From: Candidatus Binatia bacterium
GTDB lineage: Bacteria; Desulfobacterota; Binatia; Bin18
Reading direction: 5' to 3'
NCBI GenBank assembly: GCA_963667495.1
Contig: OY763426.1
Coordinates: 4,878,927 to 4,942,926 of the forward strand
DNA: 64,000 nucleotides
The notes below the pieces were generated by a model that saw nothing but the letters and a program-made list of their open reading frames with translations, made no database searches and was not told the origin of the DNA. The translations under genes were made by a program, and so were the position numbers. This document shows, piece after piece, positions 28,600-37,684 of the stretch. The number at the start of each line of letters is the position of its first letter. Position 1 is the first letter of the stretch.

Positions 28600-29787
28600 G
28601 TGCCTGAGTCTCCCTCCCCCTCGCAACGCCCGGAAGCCTTGTTCACACGAGATTTTATCCTGCTGTGTCTGGGGACCTTTTTGTTTGCCGGCAGCATGTT
28701 CCTGCTCTTTGCCGTCCTGCCGGTCTTTGTGGTTGAGGAACTCCACGGCGCGGACTCCCAGGTCGGCCTGATCATGGGTGCGTTCGCCGTCTCCGCCCTG
28801 CTCGTGCGTCCCATGACCGGCCGTTTGGTTGACCAGTGGAGCCGCAAAACCATTCTCAGTATTGGCGCCCTCATCTACTGTCTGGCTCCCGCGCTCTATA
28901 CCCAGGCCGAGTCTGTCCCGATCATGCTGGGTCTGCGCTTTTTTCACGGCTTCGGGATAGCCGCCTATACGACCGCCGCCGGGGTCATTGTTGCCGACCT
29001 GGCCCCGCCGAGTCGGCGCGGAGAGGGGATGGGGTATTACGGCATGTCCCTCAACCTGGCCATGACCATCGGGCCGGCCCTGGGGGTCATGCTCATCGGC
29101 CACATCGGTTATGATTCCCTGTTCTGGCTGTGTGCGGCACTCGGCCTCGGTAGTCTTGTCCTGTCACAGCTCATACGGGAGCCGGCGCGCGCTCCGTCCC
29201 CGCACCAGCCAGGCACCCAGCCGCATAAATGGGTGAGCCGGACCGCGCTCTTTCCCGGTTTTATCGCCGTCTGCATGACGGTCACCTTCGGTGCGGTGGT
29301 CTCCTTTCTTCCGCTCTTTGTGAAGGCCGCCGACCTTGGCAATCCGGGCCTCTACTTTAGCGTGTATTCCATTGTGGTCGTAGTCTCACGCCCCTTTGCC
29401 GGACGGCTGTCCGACCGCTTTGGCCGCGCGGCAGTGATTGTTCCCGGCATGGTCTGTCTTACGGTCGCAATGACCACGCTCGCGTTTTCGTCGTCCCTTT
29501 TCGGCCTTCTGGTTGCAGCCGCCTTGCAAGGCTTGGGATTCGGAGGGGTGCAACCCTCCATCATGGCCCTGGTGGTTGATCGCGCGCCCCTGCATGAGCG
29601 CGGGGCGGCGCTGGCCACGCTGATGGGAGCGTTTGATGTAGGGGTGGGGTTGAGCAGTATCGTCTTGGGGGCCGTCCTCGAATACACGGATTTTACGGTG
29701 ATGTTTTTGTGCGCGGGCGGGGTCGCTCTCATCGGCGCGCTTGGAGCAGCAGGGGGGACGCGAGAAAGCGCCCAGCCGGAGGGCTGA
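28600..29787 (+). CDS. MFS transporter
   Basis: About 12 TM segments. MFS signature-like GRLVDQWSRK between TM2 and TM3. Confidence 0.8.
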   Translation: MPESPSPSQRPEALFTRDFILLCLGTFLFAGSMFLLFAVLPVFVVEELHGADSQVGLIMGAFAVSALLVRPMTGRLVDQWSRKTILSIGALIYCLAPALYTQAESVPIMLGLRFFHGFGIAAYTTAAGVIVADLAPPSRRGEGMGYYGMSLNLAMTIGPALGVMLIGHIGYDSLFWLCAALGLGSLVLSQLIREPARAPSPHQPGTQPHKWVSRTALFPGFIAVCMTVTFGAVVSFLPLFVKAADLGNPGLYFSVYSIVVVVSRPFAGRLSDRFGRAAVIVPGMVCLTVAMTTLAFSSSLFGLLVAAALQGLGFGGVQPSIMALVVDRAPLHERGAALATLMGAFDVGVGLSSIVLGAVLEYTDFTVMFLCAGGVALIGALGAAGGTRESAQPEG

Positions 29788-29943
29788 CGCATTCTGTATC
29801 TACGCCTGCTTCCTGCCCCTCTCCATCCACAACCGTTTTCGCCGGACTTTCTCAAGGCGCTTGGGCCGACCGTATCCTTGCGGCAGTACGAGGGCTCGGT
29901 TAGGCTAGCAATCAGAGAATCGGACCTGAAGGAAACGGACGAC

Positions 29944-31302
29944 ATGCACAAAACGGCTTTTTCCATCCTTATTTGCGGCGTCCTGGTTGCCCTTGCACTC
30001 GGCGGGGTATTCACGAATGCTGCGCACTCGCAGGGCCAGGGTCTGCCCACTCGGGAAGATATCCAAGGGTGGATCAGCACGAATCTGACCACGCTGCCCC
30101 AATTCAAAGAAGGCGATGTACTGAGACAGGCCGACCTGGAGAAGCTGCGTCCCTTCTTGCCACCGCGCTATATTGACGAGTTTGATTTTCCTGAAGTCGA
30201 GTTTCATGTTGCACCCACGGGCCATTACCCGCCCCACCCCGATTATCTGGCTGCTACCGAGCAGTACGCTAATCAAACCCGCCTCGCCGCCGACGGGGCA
30301 CTTGAGAATTATATTGCCGGGCGGCCATTTGCCCAAGCGCTGATCAATCCCGACGACCCGACCTCAGGAGTCAAAGCCGCCTGGAACTTCAATTACCGCT
30401 GGCAGTACTACGGCATGAATGTCGAGCGCTATCTGGGTGCCCTCATTGCCAAGGGCGGCAGCGGGCCACGACTCTCCGGGTTCCCGGAGGACCTGATTCA
30501 GGGCGGAGGGAGAGCCATCCGCCATCTCGTTGCCCTCTACCAACGCGTCTACCACAATCATCTGGCGCAACTGTCACAGCAGGGTCATCTCCTGCCCCTC
30601 AATGACGCAGGGCGATTTGAGTACAAGGATTATGTCGAAGTGCTGGAGCCGTACGATGTCCGCGGACAACGGTTTATGATCTATCGCTATGATAACCCGC
30701 GGCAGCAGGACGACGCCTGGGGATTCCTGCCCCAATTGCGTAAGGTCCGCCGCCTGTCCACGCATGAGCGGGATGATTCCGTGGCCGGAACAGAAATGAC
30801 GCTGGACGATTTTACCGGATTCTCCGGTCGTATCCTTGACCATGAGTGGAAATTTCTGGGATGGAAAGTGTTGTTGCACGTCATGAACTCCCAGCACCCA
30901 TATGCCCGCTTCTACGGCCCCAACGGCTGGCTACCCAACGACCGCTGGGAGCTGCGTTTATGTGCCGTTGTCGAACAAACGCCGACCAGCACCCGCAACT
31001 ACAGCAGCAAAATTTACTTTTGGGATGCGGAGACCTATGAGACGGCAATGGTCCTGGTCTTTGACTCCGAAGGCAAGCTCTGGAAGGTCAACGACTTGCT
31101 GCACGGCTGGTCCGAAGACTCGAGTCAGGCCGAGTCGGACCGGGGCAAACAGGTGCCGCGTAACATCGGTTTTACGATTGTTGATGTCAAACAAGAGCAG
31201 GCTACGATTTTCTCCGCCTACACCATTGAATACCCCGAGGTTGATATGGAACACGTCGAAGAGCGTTACGACGTCAACATTTTAAGCCAGGGACGGCGGT
31301 AG
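29944..31302 (+). CDS. DUF1329 family protein (second paralog)
   Basis: Signal peptide MHKTAFSILICGVLVALALGG. ADGALENYIAGRPFA, LPQLRKVRRL and MTLDDFTGFSGRILDHEWKF parallel the 10807..12249 protein. Confidence 0.7.
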   Translation: MHKTAFSILICGVLVALALGGVFTNAAHSQGQGLPTREDIQGWISTNLTTLPQFKEGDVLRQADLEKLRPFLPPRYIDEFDFPEVEFHVAPTGHYPPHPDYLAATEQYANQTRLAADGALENYIAGRPFAQALINPDDPTSGVKAAWNFNYRWQYYGMNVERYLGALIAKGGSGPRLSGFPEDLIQGGGRAIRHLVALYQRVYHNHLAQLSQQGHLLPLNDAGRFEYKDYVEVLEPYDVRGQRFMIYRYDNPRQQDDAWGFLPQLRKVRRLSTHERDDSVAGTEMTLDDFTGFSGRILDHEWKFLGWKVLLHVMNSQHPYARFYGPNGWLPNDRWELRLCAVVEQTPTSTRNYSSKIYFWDAETYETAMVLVFDSEGKLWKVNDLLHGWSEDSSQAESDRGKQVPRNIGFTIVDVKQEQATIFSAYTIEYPEVDMEHVEERYDVNILSQGRR

Positions 31303-31309
31303 AGCGGAG

Positions 31310-32506
31310 TTAGACCACTCCATCCTCGCGCAACCGCCCAATCTCCTGCGTCGAATAGCCAAGCAACCCCGTCAAAACCTCGTCCGTATGCTCTCCTAAT
31401 AGAGGCGGCGGGAGGCGGAACTCGACGGGGGTCGCAGAGAGTTTGAGCGGCGAGCCGGCAAGCAGGACTTCTCCTGCGGTCGGATGCGGCATGGCCACGC
31501 GCATGTCGCGGGCAAGTACCTGTTGATCCGCAAAGACTTCATCAATGGACTGAATGGGCCCGCAGGCAATACCCGCAGCACGGATTTTTCGTAGCCAGCC
31601 ATGTACCGTGTCCGTGCTAAACACACTTTGAAGGAGAGGGATGAGGGTCTCCCGGTTTTGCACGCGGGCGGGGTTGGTTGAAAAACGTTCGTCAGCCGCC
31701 AGCTCAGGGCGGGCAATGAGCTGACAGAGTTTCTGCCATTGGCCATCGTTGCCGACGGCCAGACAAAAATAGCCGTCTTGGGCCTGAAAGGACTGATAGG
31801 GCACAATGGATGGATGAGCGTTGCCATATCGCCCGGGCTTTGTACCGGACACCAAATAATTACTGCCAGCATTAGCCAGCCACGCGACCTGGACGTCCAG
31901 CAGAGAGATGTCGATCGCCTGCCCCTGACCCGTTTTCGTGCGAGCCAGCAAGGCGGCCTGAATGGCATTGGCAGCGAACAAACCCGCGGTAATGTCGGTA
32001 ATGGCGACCCCGACTTTCATCGGCTCGCCCTCGGCCTCGCCGGTGATGCTCATCACCCCACCCCGGCCCTGAATAATGAAGTCATATCCGGGCAGGTCTT
32101 TGTCCGGTCCGGTCTGTCCGTAGCCGGTAATGGCACAATAGACCAGCCCAGCATTCTCCTGCTTGAGTTGTTCATACCCCAGTTGCAGCGACGCCATTTC
32201 CCCGGATTTGAAGTTTTCAATAAGCACATCGCTGACTCGGACGAGACGACGGATCAATTCCTTTCCAGCATCCGATTTGAGGTTGACGGTGATACTTTTC
32301 TTATTGCGGTTGGCGCATAGATAATACGCGCTTTCCCCGCCCGCAAACGGCGGACCCCAGGCGCGGGTATCATCACCGCTTCCCGGCCGTTCGACCTTGA
32401 TGACCTCGGCTCCAAGGTCTCCCAGGGTCATGGCGCAGAACGGCCCGGCTAATATGCGCGAGAGATCAAGGACACGAAAGCCAGCCAACGGTTGCGTCAT
32501 GCTCAT
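31310..32506 (-). CDS. CoA-transferase family III (CaiB/BaiF) protein
   Basis: LAGFRVLDLSRILAGPFCAMTLGDLGAEVIKVERPG..GDDTR N-terminal signature. Start set at MSMTQPLAG. Confidence 0.8.
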   Translation of the reverse strand: MSMTQPLAGFRVLDLSRILAGPFCAMTLGDLGAEVIKVERPGSGDDTRAWGPPFAGGESAYYLCANRNKKSITVNLKSDAGKELIRRLVRVSDVLIENFKSGEMASLQLGYEQLKQENAGLVYCAITGYGQTGPDKDLPGYDFIIQGRGGVMSITGEAEGEPMKVGVAITDITAGLFAANAIQAALLARTKTGQGQAIDISLLDVQVAWLANAGSNYLVSGTKPGRYGNAHPSIVPYQSFQAQDGYFCLAVGNDGQWQKLCQLIARPELAADERFSTNPARVQNRETLIPLLQSVFSTDTVHGWLRKIRAAGIACGPIQSIDEVFADQQVLARDMRVAMPHPTAGEVLLAGSPLKLSATPVEFRLPPPLLGEHTDEVLTGLLGYSTQEIGRLREDGVV

Positions 32507-32692
32507 TCCCCCACGCAGGTGGAGTATGCGCAAACAGCAGCCCCGCGCAATCCCCCACACCTCTTAACCGCGTACGCTGCAGAGTTCGTACCGTTGAGAA
32601 GAAACTGGTATAGTCAGCGAGTGGCTGTCTATTCGGGCAATGGAGGGAGTAGACAGTGGGCGGTTCCTGTGGATGAGGTGAGGAGGTTGTGG

Positions 32693-32902
32693 ATGAAGGG
32701 AACGTTTACCTACCAGTGTCAACAATGTGAAGGATTATTCACCAACGCTCCCATGGGGAGCTGTTCTTTCTGTGGGTCACAAGCCATAGTCTCTGTAGGC
32801 TGGTATCAATTGCCTGAGGATAAACGAAAGGGCTGGCTTGATCGTATTCATGGTCAGCCAAGCCTAGAGCTTGGCGAAGAGGCTACGCAGACTGCGAAAT
32901 AG
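32693..32902 (+). CDS. Small C4 zinc-ribbon protein, hypothetical
   Basis: CQQCEG...CSFCGS. GAGGAGG SD before the internal ATG. Convergent with res. Confidence 0.35.
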   Translation: MKGTFTYQCQQCEGLFTNAPMGSCSFCGSQAIVSVGWYQLPEDKRKGWLDRIHGQPSLELGEEATQTAK

Positions 32903-32909
32903 CGGTTGC

Positions 32910-35552
32910 TCAGGCAGTACCGGTTTTCTCTATCAACTGCTGGTATACGTCCCGGTCGTTGAGTAGTTTTTCAACAACGAGGAAAAGGCCCCTGCCGTTG
33001 CTTTTTTGTTGCCATAATTCGCCGATGGTCCGTTTCTCTGCGGTATCCGCTCCATCAGCGATATGCGCCCCCTTATATTCGACAACGAGCAGCCGCCCAT
33101 CGTTCAACATCGCCACAAAGTCGGGGTAAAACTTATCCGTGGCGGTCGGTAGCCAGAATGATTCCGTGTGGCGGGCCACATTGCGAACCCAGTATTTCAC
33201 GCCAGGCAGACTGTCGAGAGCCTGAGCGCAACGCACTTCCTCGCCATCGTCTGCGCCGTCAAAGGCCGGAACGTGGTCCGCGCCTAAAAAGTGCTTCCCC
33301 GGCTTCCAACGCCCCCGGTATCGCCGCTGATCCTGATACATCCCAGCCTTGAATGAGAAGGCAGCGTCGAAGGATATTGCGACTTTTGCTTCGGGCGTAA
33401 AAAGACGCTGCTGATAGGCGCTCTTCCGTTCTTGCCGACGAATAGTGTTGATCTTGTCGCGTATCTTTCGCGCCAGGATAAACTTGCACCGCATGAGCGC
33501 GGCAATATGAATACCCCGTCCGATCATCAGGTGGTTGACGAGGTCGGAAAGCCACCTGAGCCGTTCGCTCTGCCTTATATCGTCCTGACGCACCTGCCGG
33601 TCGAGCCACAGGACCAGGGCTTCAGGCGTCCAGCCTTTCACGTCTATATTCAGCGTGCGTTGTTCTTTCTCGCTGGCGAACCGATAGGTGACGTGCCTGC
33701 CGTCAATGTCGATCTCAAAGCTGCGCGCGGTCTCACGGATCGTAAATTCCCCTTCGTCCATTTGCGGCGCATGGGTGAGCAGCGACCATTCGTGGGACTC
33801 CATGAACACGTCAGTATCGGCAAACTCAAGCTCCCCCTGGAGTTCTGACATAAGACGCGGCACATCGAATTGCTCGCCACATTCGGCAGGCGAGAGACGG
33901 TTGTGCATCAGCTTCCGATATTCCCCGAAGGACTCGTCAATCCGCCCGTGTTCCACCTCTGGAACCGCCTCACGGATGACCTTTTCCAAGGCGTCGTCCA
34001 CAGGGCCAACAATCTCGATCTCAACCGTCCCACTGCCGGTAGCGCGTACCGTCAAACCGTCTCGTTGAGTCTGCTTCAAAGCCGATAGCATCTCCGGTGT
34101 CGCTGTGAACGTATGCCGGAAGACGGGCTGGGAATTATCGCGCGGACCGAAAAGATCATCCTTGCCGCCCAACTCTCTCTGCATCGGCTCGATGTTGTCG
34201 TGTGCCTCGTCCTCCTCGAACCCCATCGCCACGAGCTTATCGGTCAATGCCCGCGCGGATGCCCCCGAGGACGGCTCGGACAGATAGGCATATGCCTGGT
34301 TCAAATCAGCAGCTCTGCGCCGCTTAGCGTAGGGCATGCGCAGCACCCGGCCCAATAGCTGTTCCACATCCGTCGCGCTGTGAATACGCGAGACCGAGCA
34401 AAATACATAGGCGAAGGAACAGTCCCAGCCCTCTTTCAGGGCTTCGACTGTGATGACGTATTCAATCGGACAACGCGGGTCGAACAGATCGATACCGTCC
34501 AATTCGCGCTGGTCGCCGGTGGCGATGGCAATCGCGTGGTCGGGAATGTGCTCGACATCCATCAGATGTTTTTTCAGCGCTTCGACAGTGATTTCCTGGT
34601 TCTTCTTCTGAGCCTGGAACAGGACGATAGGCCGGAGGTAGGCGGCGTCCCGTTTGGCAGCTTCAGCCAGAGACGCACGCTTAGCAATCGCACCGTTGAC
34701 TGCATTTTGCCAGGTATCGTGCTCGGACAGCATGATCGGCAGCTTGATCATATCCTCGCGTTTGAGTTCCAGGGCGGAGACGCTGTACAGGATATTCGAC
34801 TTGGGCCGGGGAGTGGCAGTGAACTCGATAATCGCGCACGGATTGACCCGCGTTTGCATCTCACGAGTCAGACCGGTCACCGCGTTGTGCGCCTCGTCCA
34901 CAATCATCAGCGGGAGGTGGATATGCAGCAGGTTAGCAAAGGAGAACTTGACGCCGCCACCCTCCATTTTCTCCAGACCCGGCGTAGCGTCTGGGACAGC
35001 GGAGAAATGCGGCTCCATTTCCTCGTGATGGGCATACACCTTGCGGCCTTCGGTGTTCGTCACCCGCAGCGTCTGAATGGTGCCGACCACAATACAGCAG
35101 TGGTCGCGCAGGTCGTGCGACCGAATGTGGGTGAAGTCGGCAATATCGAACACGCGTACCCGGCCATCAAAGCCTTCATCCAGCGCTTGCCGATACGGGT
35201 GGCCGGCGTTCTTCAAAGCCTCGACGGTTTGCGAGCGAATGGTCTTTGTCGGCACCAGCCACAGGACCAGCGGATAGTCTTTCTCTACCCAGGCGTCGCG
35301 CGCCACAGCAACGGCGTGAGCGCCCAATATCGTTTTGCCGCCACCGGTCGGCAGGCGCAGGCAGACGTACGGTACGTTCGGCAGGTCCGCGAGCGGAGCG
35401 CGATACGTTTCACCGTAGCGTCCGAGCCGGTCCGCATAGTCAGGTTCCTTGGTAATGGTTTCGTAGGCATTCTTCGGCCCGGCCATGCGGGCTTCTTCAA
35501 AGAAGCGGCGCAGAACGGCCAGCGCATCGGCCTGATATTGCTTCAGTTGCAC
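32910..35552 (-). CDS. res: Type III restriction-modification system restriction subunit (Res; SF2 helicase plus C-terminal PD-(D/E)XK)
   Basis: Walker A LPTGGGKT, DEAH-like MIVDEAHN, helicase C-terminal blocks, terminal FYPDFVAMLNDGRLLVVEYKG nuclease motif. GTG start. Confidence 0.8.
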   Translation of the reverse strand: MQLKQYQADALAVLRRFFEEARMAGPKNAYETITKEPDYADRLGRYGETYRAPLADLPNVPYVCLRLPTGGGKTILGAHAVAVARDAWVEKDYPLVLWLVPTKTIRSQTVEALKNAGHPYRQALDEGFDGRVRVFDIADFTHIRSHDLRDHCCIVVGTIQTLRVTNTEGRKVYAHHEEMEPHFSAVPDATPGLEKMEGGGVKFSFANLLHIHLPLMIVDEAHNAVTGLTREMQTRVNPCAIIEFTATPRPKSNILYSVSALELKREDMIKLPIMLSEHDTWQNAVNGAIAKRASLAEAAKRDAAYLRPIVLFQAQKKNQEITVEALKKHLMDVEHIPDHAIAIATGDQRELDGIDLFDPRCPIEYVITVEALKEGWDCSFAYVFCSVSRIHSATDVEQLLGRVLRMPYAKRRRAADLNQAYAYLSEPSSGASARALTDKLVAMGFEEDEAHDNIEPMQRELGGKDDLFGPRDNSQPVFRHTFTATPEMLSALKQTQRDGLTVRATGSGTVEIEIVGPVDDALEKVIREAVPEVEHGRIDESFGEYRKLMHNRLSPAECGEQFDVPRLMSELQGELEFADTDVFMESHEWSLLTHAPQMDEGEFTIRETARSFEIDIDGRHVTYRFASEKEQRTLNIDVKGWTPEALVLWLDRQVRQDDIRQSERLRWLSDLVNHLMIGRGIHIAALMRCKFILARKIRDKINTIRRQERKSAYQQRLFTPEAKVAISFDAAFSFKAGMYQDQRRYRGRWKPGKHFLGADHVPAFDGADDGEEVRCAQALDSLPGVKYWVRNVARHTESFWLPTATDKFYPDFVAMLNDGRLLVVEYKGAHIADGADTAEKRTIGELWQQKSNGRGLFLVVEKLLNDRDVYQQLIEKTGTA

Positions 35553-35578
35553 GACTCAGGCCCTCGCCTTAGGGGACT

Positions 35579-35776
35579 TCATATTTTCTTCGTACTTCCC
35601 GCCTCTCTCAGAATAGCGTTTGCCGTATGGCGGCTTTTCAAGTTGCGCGGAACCAGCAAAATCTTACCAGTTGTCAGGCTTTTCCACTTTTCGTGTGAAC
35701 CTTTTGCACTTTTCCAATACTCAAAATTAAGTTTTGAGATTTCTTTGGTGACCCTCTTGTAGAGACTGACCGCCAA
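35579..35776 (-). CDS. hicA: HicA-family toxin-like protein
   Basis: RVTKEISKLNFEYWKSAKGSHEKWKS...KILLVPRN...ANAILREAG matches the HicA consensus. The probable TTG start overlaps the stop of the upstream DUF1902 gene. Confidence 0.5.
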   Translation of the reverse strand: MAVSLYKRVTKEISKLNFEYWKSAKGSHEKWKSLTTGKILLVPRNLKSRHTANAILREAGSTKKI

Positions 35777-35777
35777 A

Positions 35778-36053
35778 TTATGCCACCGCCTTCTCAGTCT
35801 CCGGGCGCTGCCATACAATGGCCGGTATCAGTTCCTTGAGCGAATGCTCGGCAAGCTCGGAGGCGCTGCGATGATTCACCATGATGAGTTCAGGCGCTAC
35901 GTCCAGCATGATTGTTTCAAATTCATCCAGGGTAGCCGCCTCAATGTGCAAGCCCTCGATATCGCTTTCAGAGTAGAACACTTCTGCCTCAGCGTCCCAC
36001 ACAGCTTTCACTCGAAAGGTCTGCTGCATTCCGATATCCTCCCGTAGCGTCAT
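35778..36053 (-). CDS. DUF1902 / HicB-like antitoxin-type protein
   Basis: QQTFRVKAVWDAEAEVFYSESDIEGLHIEAATLDEFETIMLDVAPELI has the HicB-N/DUF1902 fold pattern. Sits between mod and res. Confidence 0.5.
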   Translation of the reverse strand: MTLREDIGMQQTFRVKAVWDAEAEVFYSESDIEGLHIEAATLDEFETIMLDVAPELIMVNHRSASELAEHSLKELIPAIVWQRPETEKAVA

Positions 36054-36067
36054 GATCCTTGGTCTTA

Positions 36068-36106
36068 TTCCCTCTCCCCTGGAGGGAGAGGGCTAGGGTG
36101 AGGGGG
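36068..36106. repeat. REP-like GC-rich palindromic element (CCCTCTCCCCTGGAGGGAGAGGG plus GGAGAGGGCTAGGGTGAGGGGG)
   Basis: Intergenic hairpin between mod and the DUF1902 gene. The 20-mer GGAGAGGGCTAGGGTGAGGG recurs (reverse-complemented) at about 41324-41343 and closely at about 59315-59333. Confidence 0.5.
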
Positions 36107-36130
36107 ATAAACACACTCAACCTCATCTCC

Positions 36131-37684
36131 TCACGTCCGGGCTTTCACCTCATACGGCATCTGCTTGAAGGTGACGCCAATCCTTTCCAAAGTCGCAGAG
36201 GCCAAGCGTGACTGTTCGCCATAGACCGTCAGCGGACCGTTGAAGCGCGCATGCTTGCGCTCAATCTCCTCCCGAATCATAGCAAGTGTGGCCCGCGTCA
36301 GCACATTACCACCATTCGGTCGCCTGTCGCCCAGGATGCCATTGTACAGCAGCGCATAGGCGTGGCTACCGTGCAGACCCAGGAAAGGTGAATCCCCACC
36401 TCCGTTCCACGGATGCCCGGTCTCGCTGAACCAGACATGGGCAGCCAGCACCGGAAAGCGGATGTCCGCTCGAATCTGCCCCGCCTCATCAAACACTGGT
36501 GGCCCGAGCCGGTAGAAACGAAACCCGCCCCCGCCCTGCCAACCCACACTTTTTGAGATGCCGCCCTGTTCGCCGTCAATAACCTTGCGCAAGCGGGGCA
36601 CGCAATGCGTCACTGCGTGCTCGCCCATCTCAATACCGATATAGCGCCGGCCCATCTTGTGGGCTACTGCCGCCGTGGTGCCGGAGCCGAGGAAGGAGTC
36701 GAGCACCAAGTCGCCGGGGTTGGTCGCTGCCTCAAAGATATATTCAATAAGACCTTCAGGCTTAGGAAAGGCGAATTTGTTCTGCAAGCCGAATAGCTCC
36801 ATACTTTGATACGTTCCGTGCTGCGTATAATGTCTCTCGATTATGGTTTGCGGCTTGCGTTTCCTTTCTTCGCCTCCCTCATCTTTGAGGTATTGCTTGT
36901 AAGAAACGACCGTTTTCCCTTTTCTTTTGGAAATCACCAACTCCCCGTCTACAAGCGCCCGATGGGAACGTTCTTTTGACCATTGCCACTGCTTTTCCGG
37001 CCAAATCTCTTCGCCGTTCTCAAGTGTAATCGGGTATCTAAGATTCGGACGATCATCCATGCTCGTAGTTGCCAACGGCTGCAAACGATACGGCCCTCTC
37101 TCCGCGAATTTTTCATCCTGATATTTGTAATACTTTCTCACGACATCGGGATCAGGAGGCAAGAACATCTCGGGGAATTTGCTCATGTCTTTTGTGTAAC
37201 AGAGGACTTCTTCGTGTAGGCCCACAAACCACTTCGCTTTGGCACCGCCACCGTAGCTTTTCTTCCAAATGAATGTGGTCAAGAAGTTTGACCTTCCGAA
37301 CACCTCGTCCATGATGACCTTGAGGTAGTGGGCTTCATTGTCGTCAATCGACACCCAGATTGACCCGTCTTCGGCCAGCAAGTCACGCAGGAGTTCGAGG
37401 CGCGGCCACATCATCGCCAGCCATTGTGTATGTTCGAGATTGTCGTCGTAATGCTCGAAGGCTGAGTGCGTGTTATACGGCGGGTCAATATAGATGCACT
37501 TCACCCGTCCGGCGTAGAACGGCAGCAACGCCTTGAGCGCTTCCAGGTTGTCACCCTGAATCAGCATGTTGCCCGTGTCCGGCTCCCCTGCCGACAGGTC
37601 AGGCGCTTCTTCCAACAGCCGATACGGCACGCGAGAGGCGGTGCGGAGGTCTTCGTCTCGGGTGAGCCAGTGGAGGATGGGCAT
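36131..37684 (-). CDS. mod: Type III R-M system DNA methyltransferase (Mod, N6-adenine)
   Basis: DPPY motif (CIYIDPPYNT). SAM-binding motif I region (the FxGSGTT-type motif) is present (VLDSFLGSGTTAAVAHKMG). The ATG overlaps the stop of the upstream pentapeptide-repeat gene. Confidence 0.85.
   Translation of the reverse strand: MPILHWLTRDEDLRTASRVPYRLLEEAPDLSAGEPDTGNMLIQGDNLEALKALLPFYAGRVKCIYIDPPYNTHSAFEHYDDNLEHTQWLAMMWPRLELLRDLLAEDGSIWVSIDDNEAHYLKVIMDEVFGRSNFLTTFIWKKSYGGGAKAKWFVGLHEEVLCYTKDMSKFPEMFLPPDPDVVRKYYKYQDEKFAERGPYRLQPLATTSMDDRPNLRYPITLENGEEIWPEKQWQWSKERSHRALVDGELVISKRKGKTVVSYKQYLKDEGGEERKRKPQTIIERHYTQHGTYQSMELFGLQNKFAFPKPEGLIEYIFEAATNPGDLVLDSFLGSGTTAAVAHKMGRRYIGIEMGEHAVTHCVPRLRKVIDGEQGGISKSVGWQGGGGFRFYRLGPPVFDEAGQIRADIRFPVLAAHVWFSETGHPWNGGGDSPFLGLHGSHAYALLYNGILGDRRPNGGNVLTRATLAMIREEIERKHARFNGPLTVYGEQSRLASATLERIGVTFKQMPYEVKART

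Noticed and set aside
34380-35762. 460 aa plus-strand ORF
   Set aside because: Antisense to res, which has unambiguous helicase motifs.
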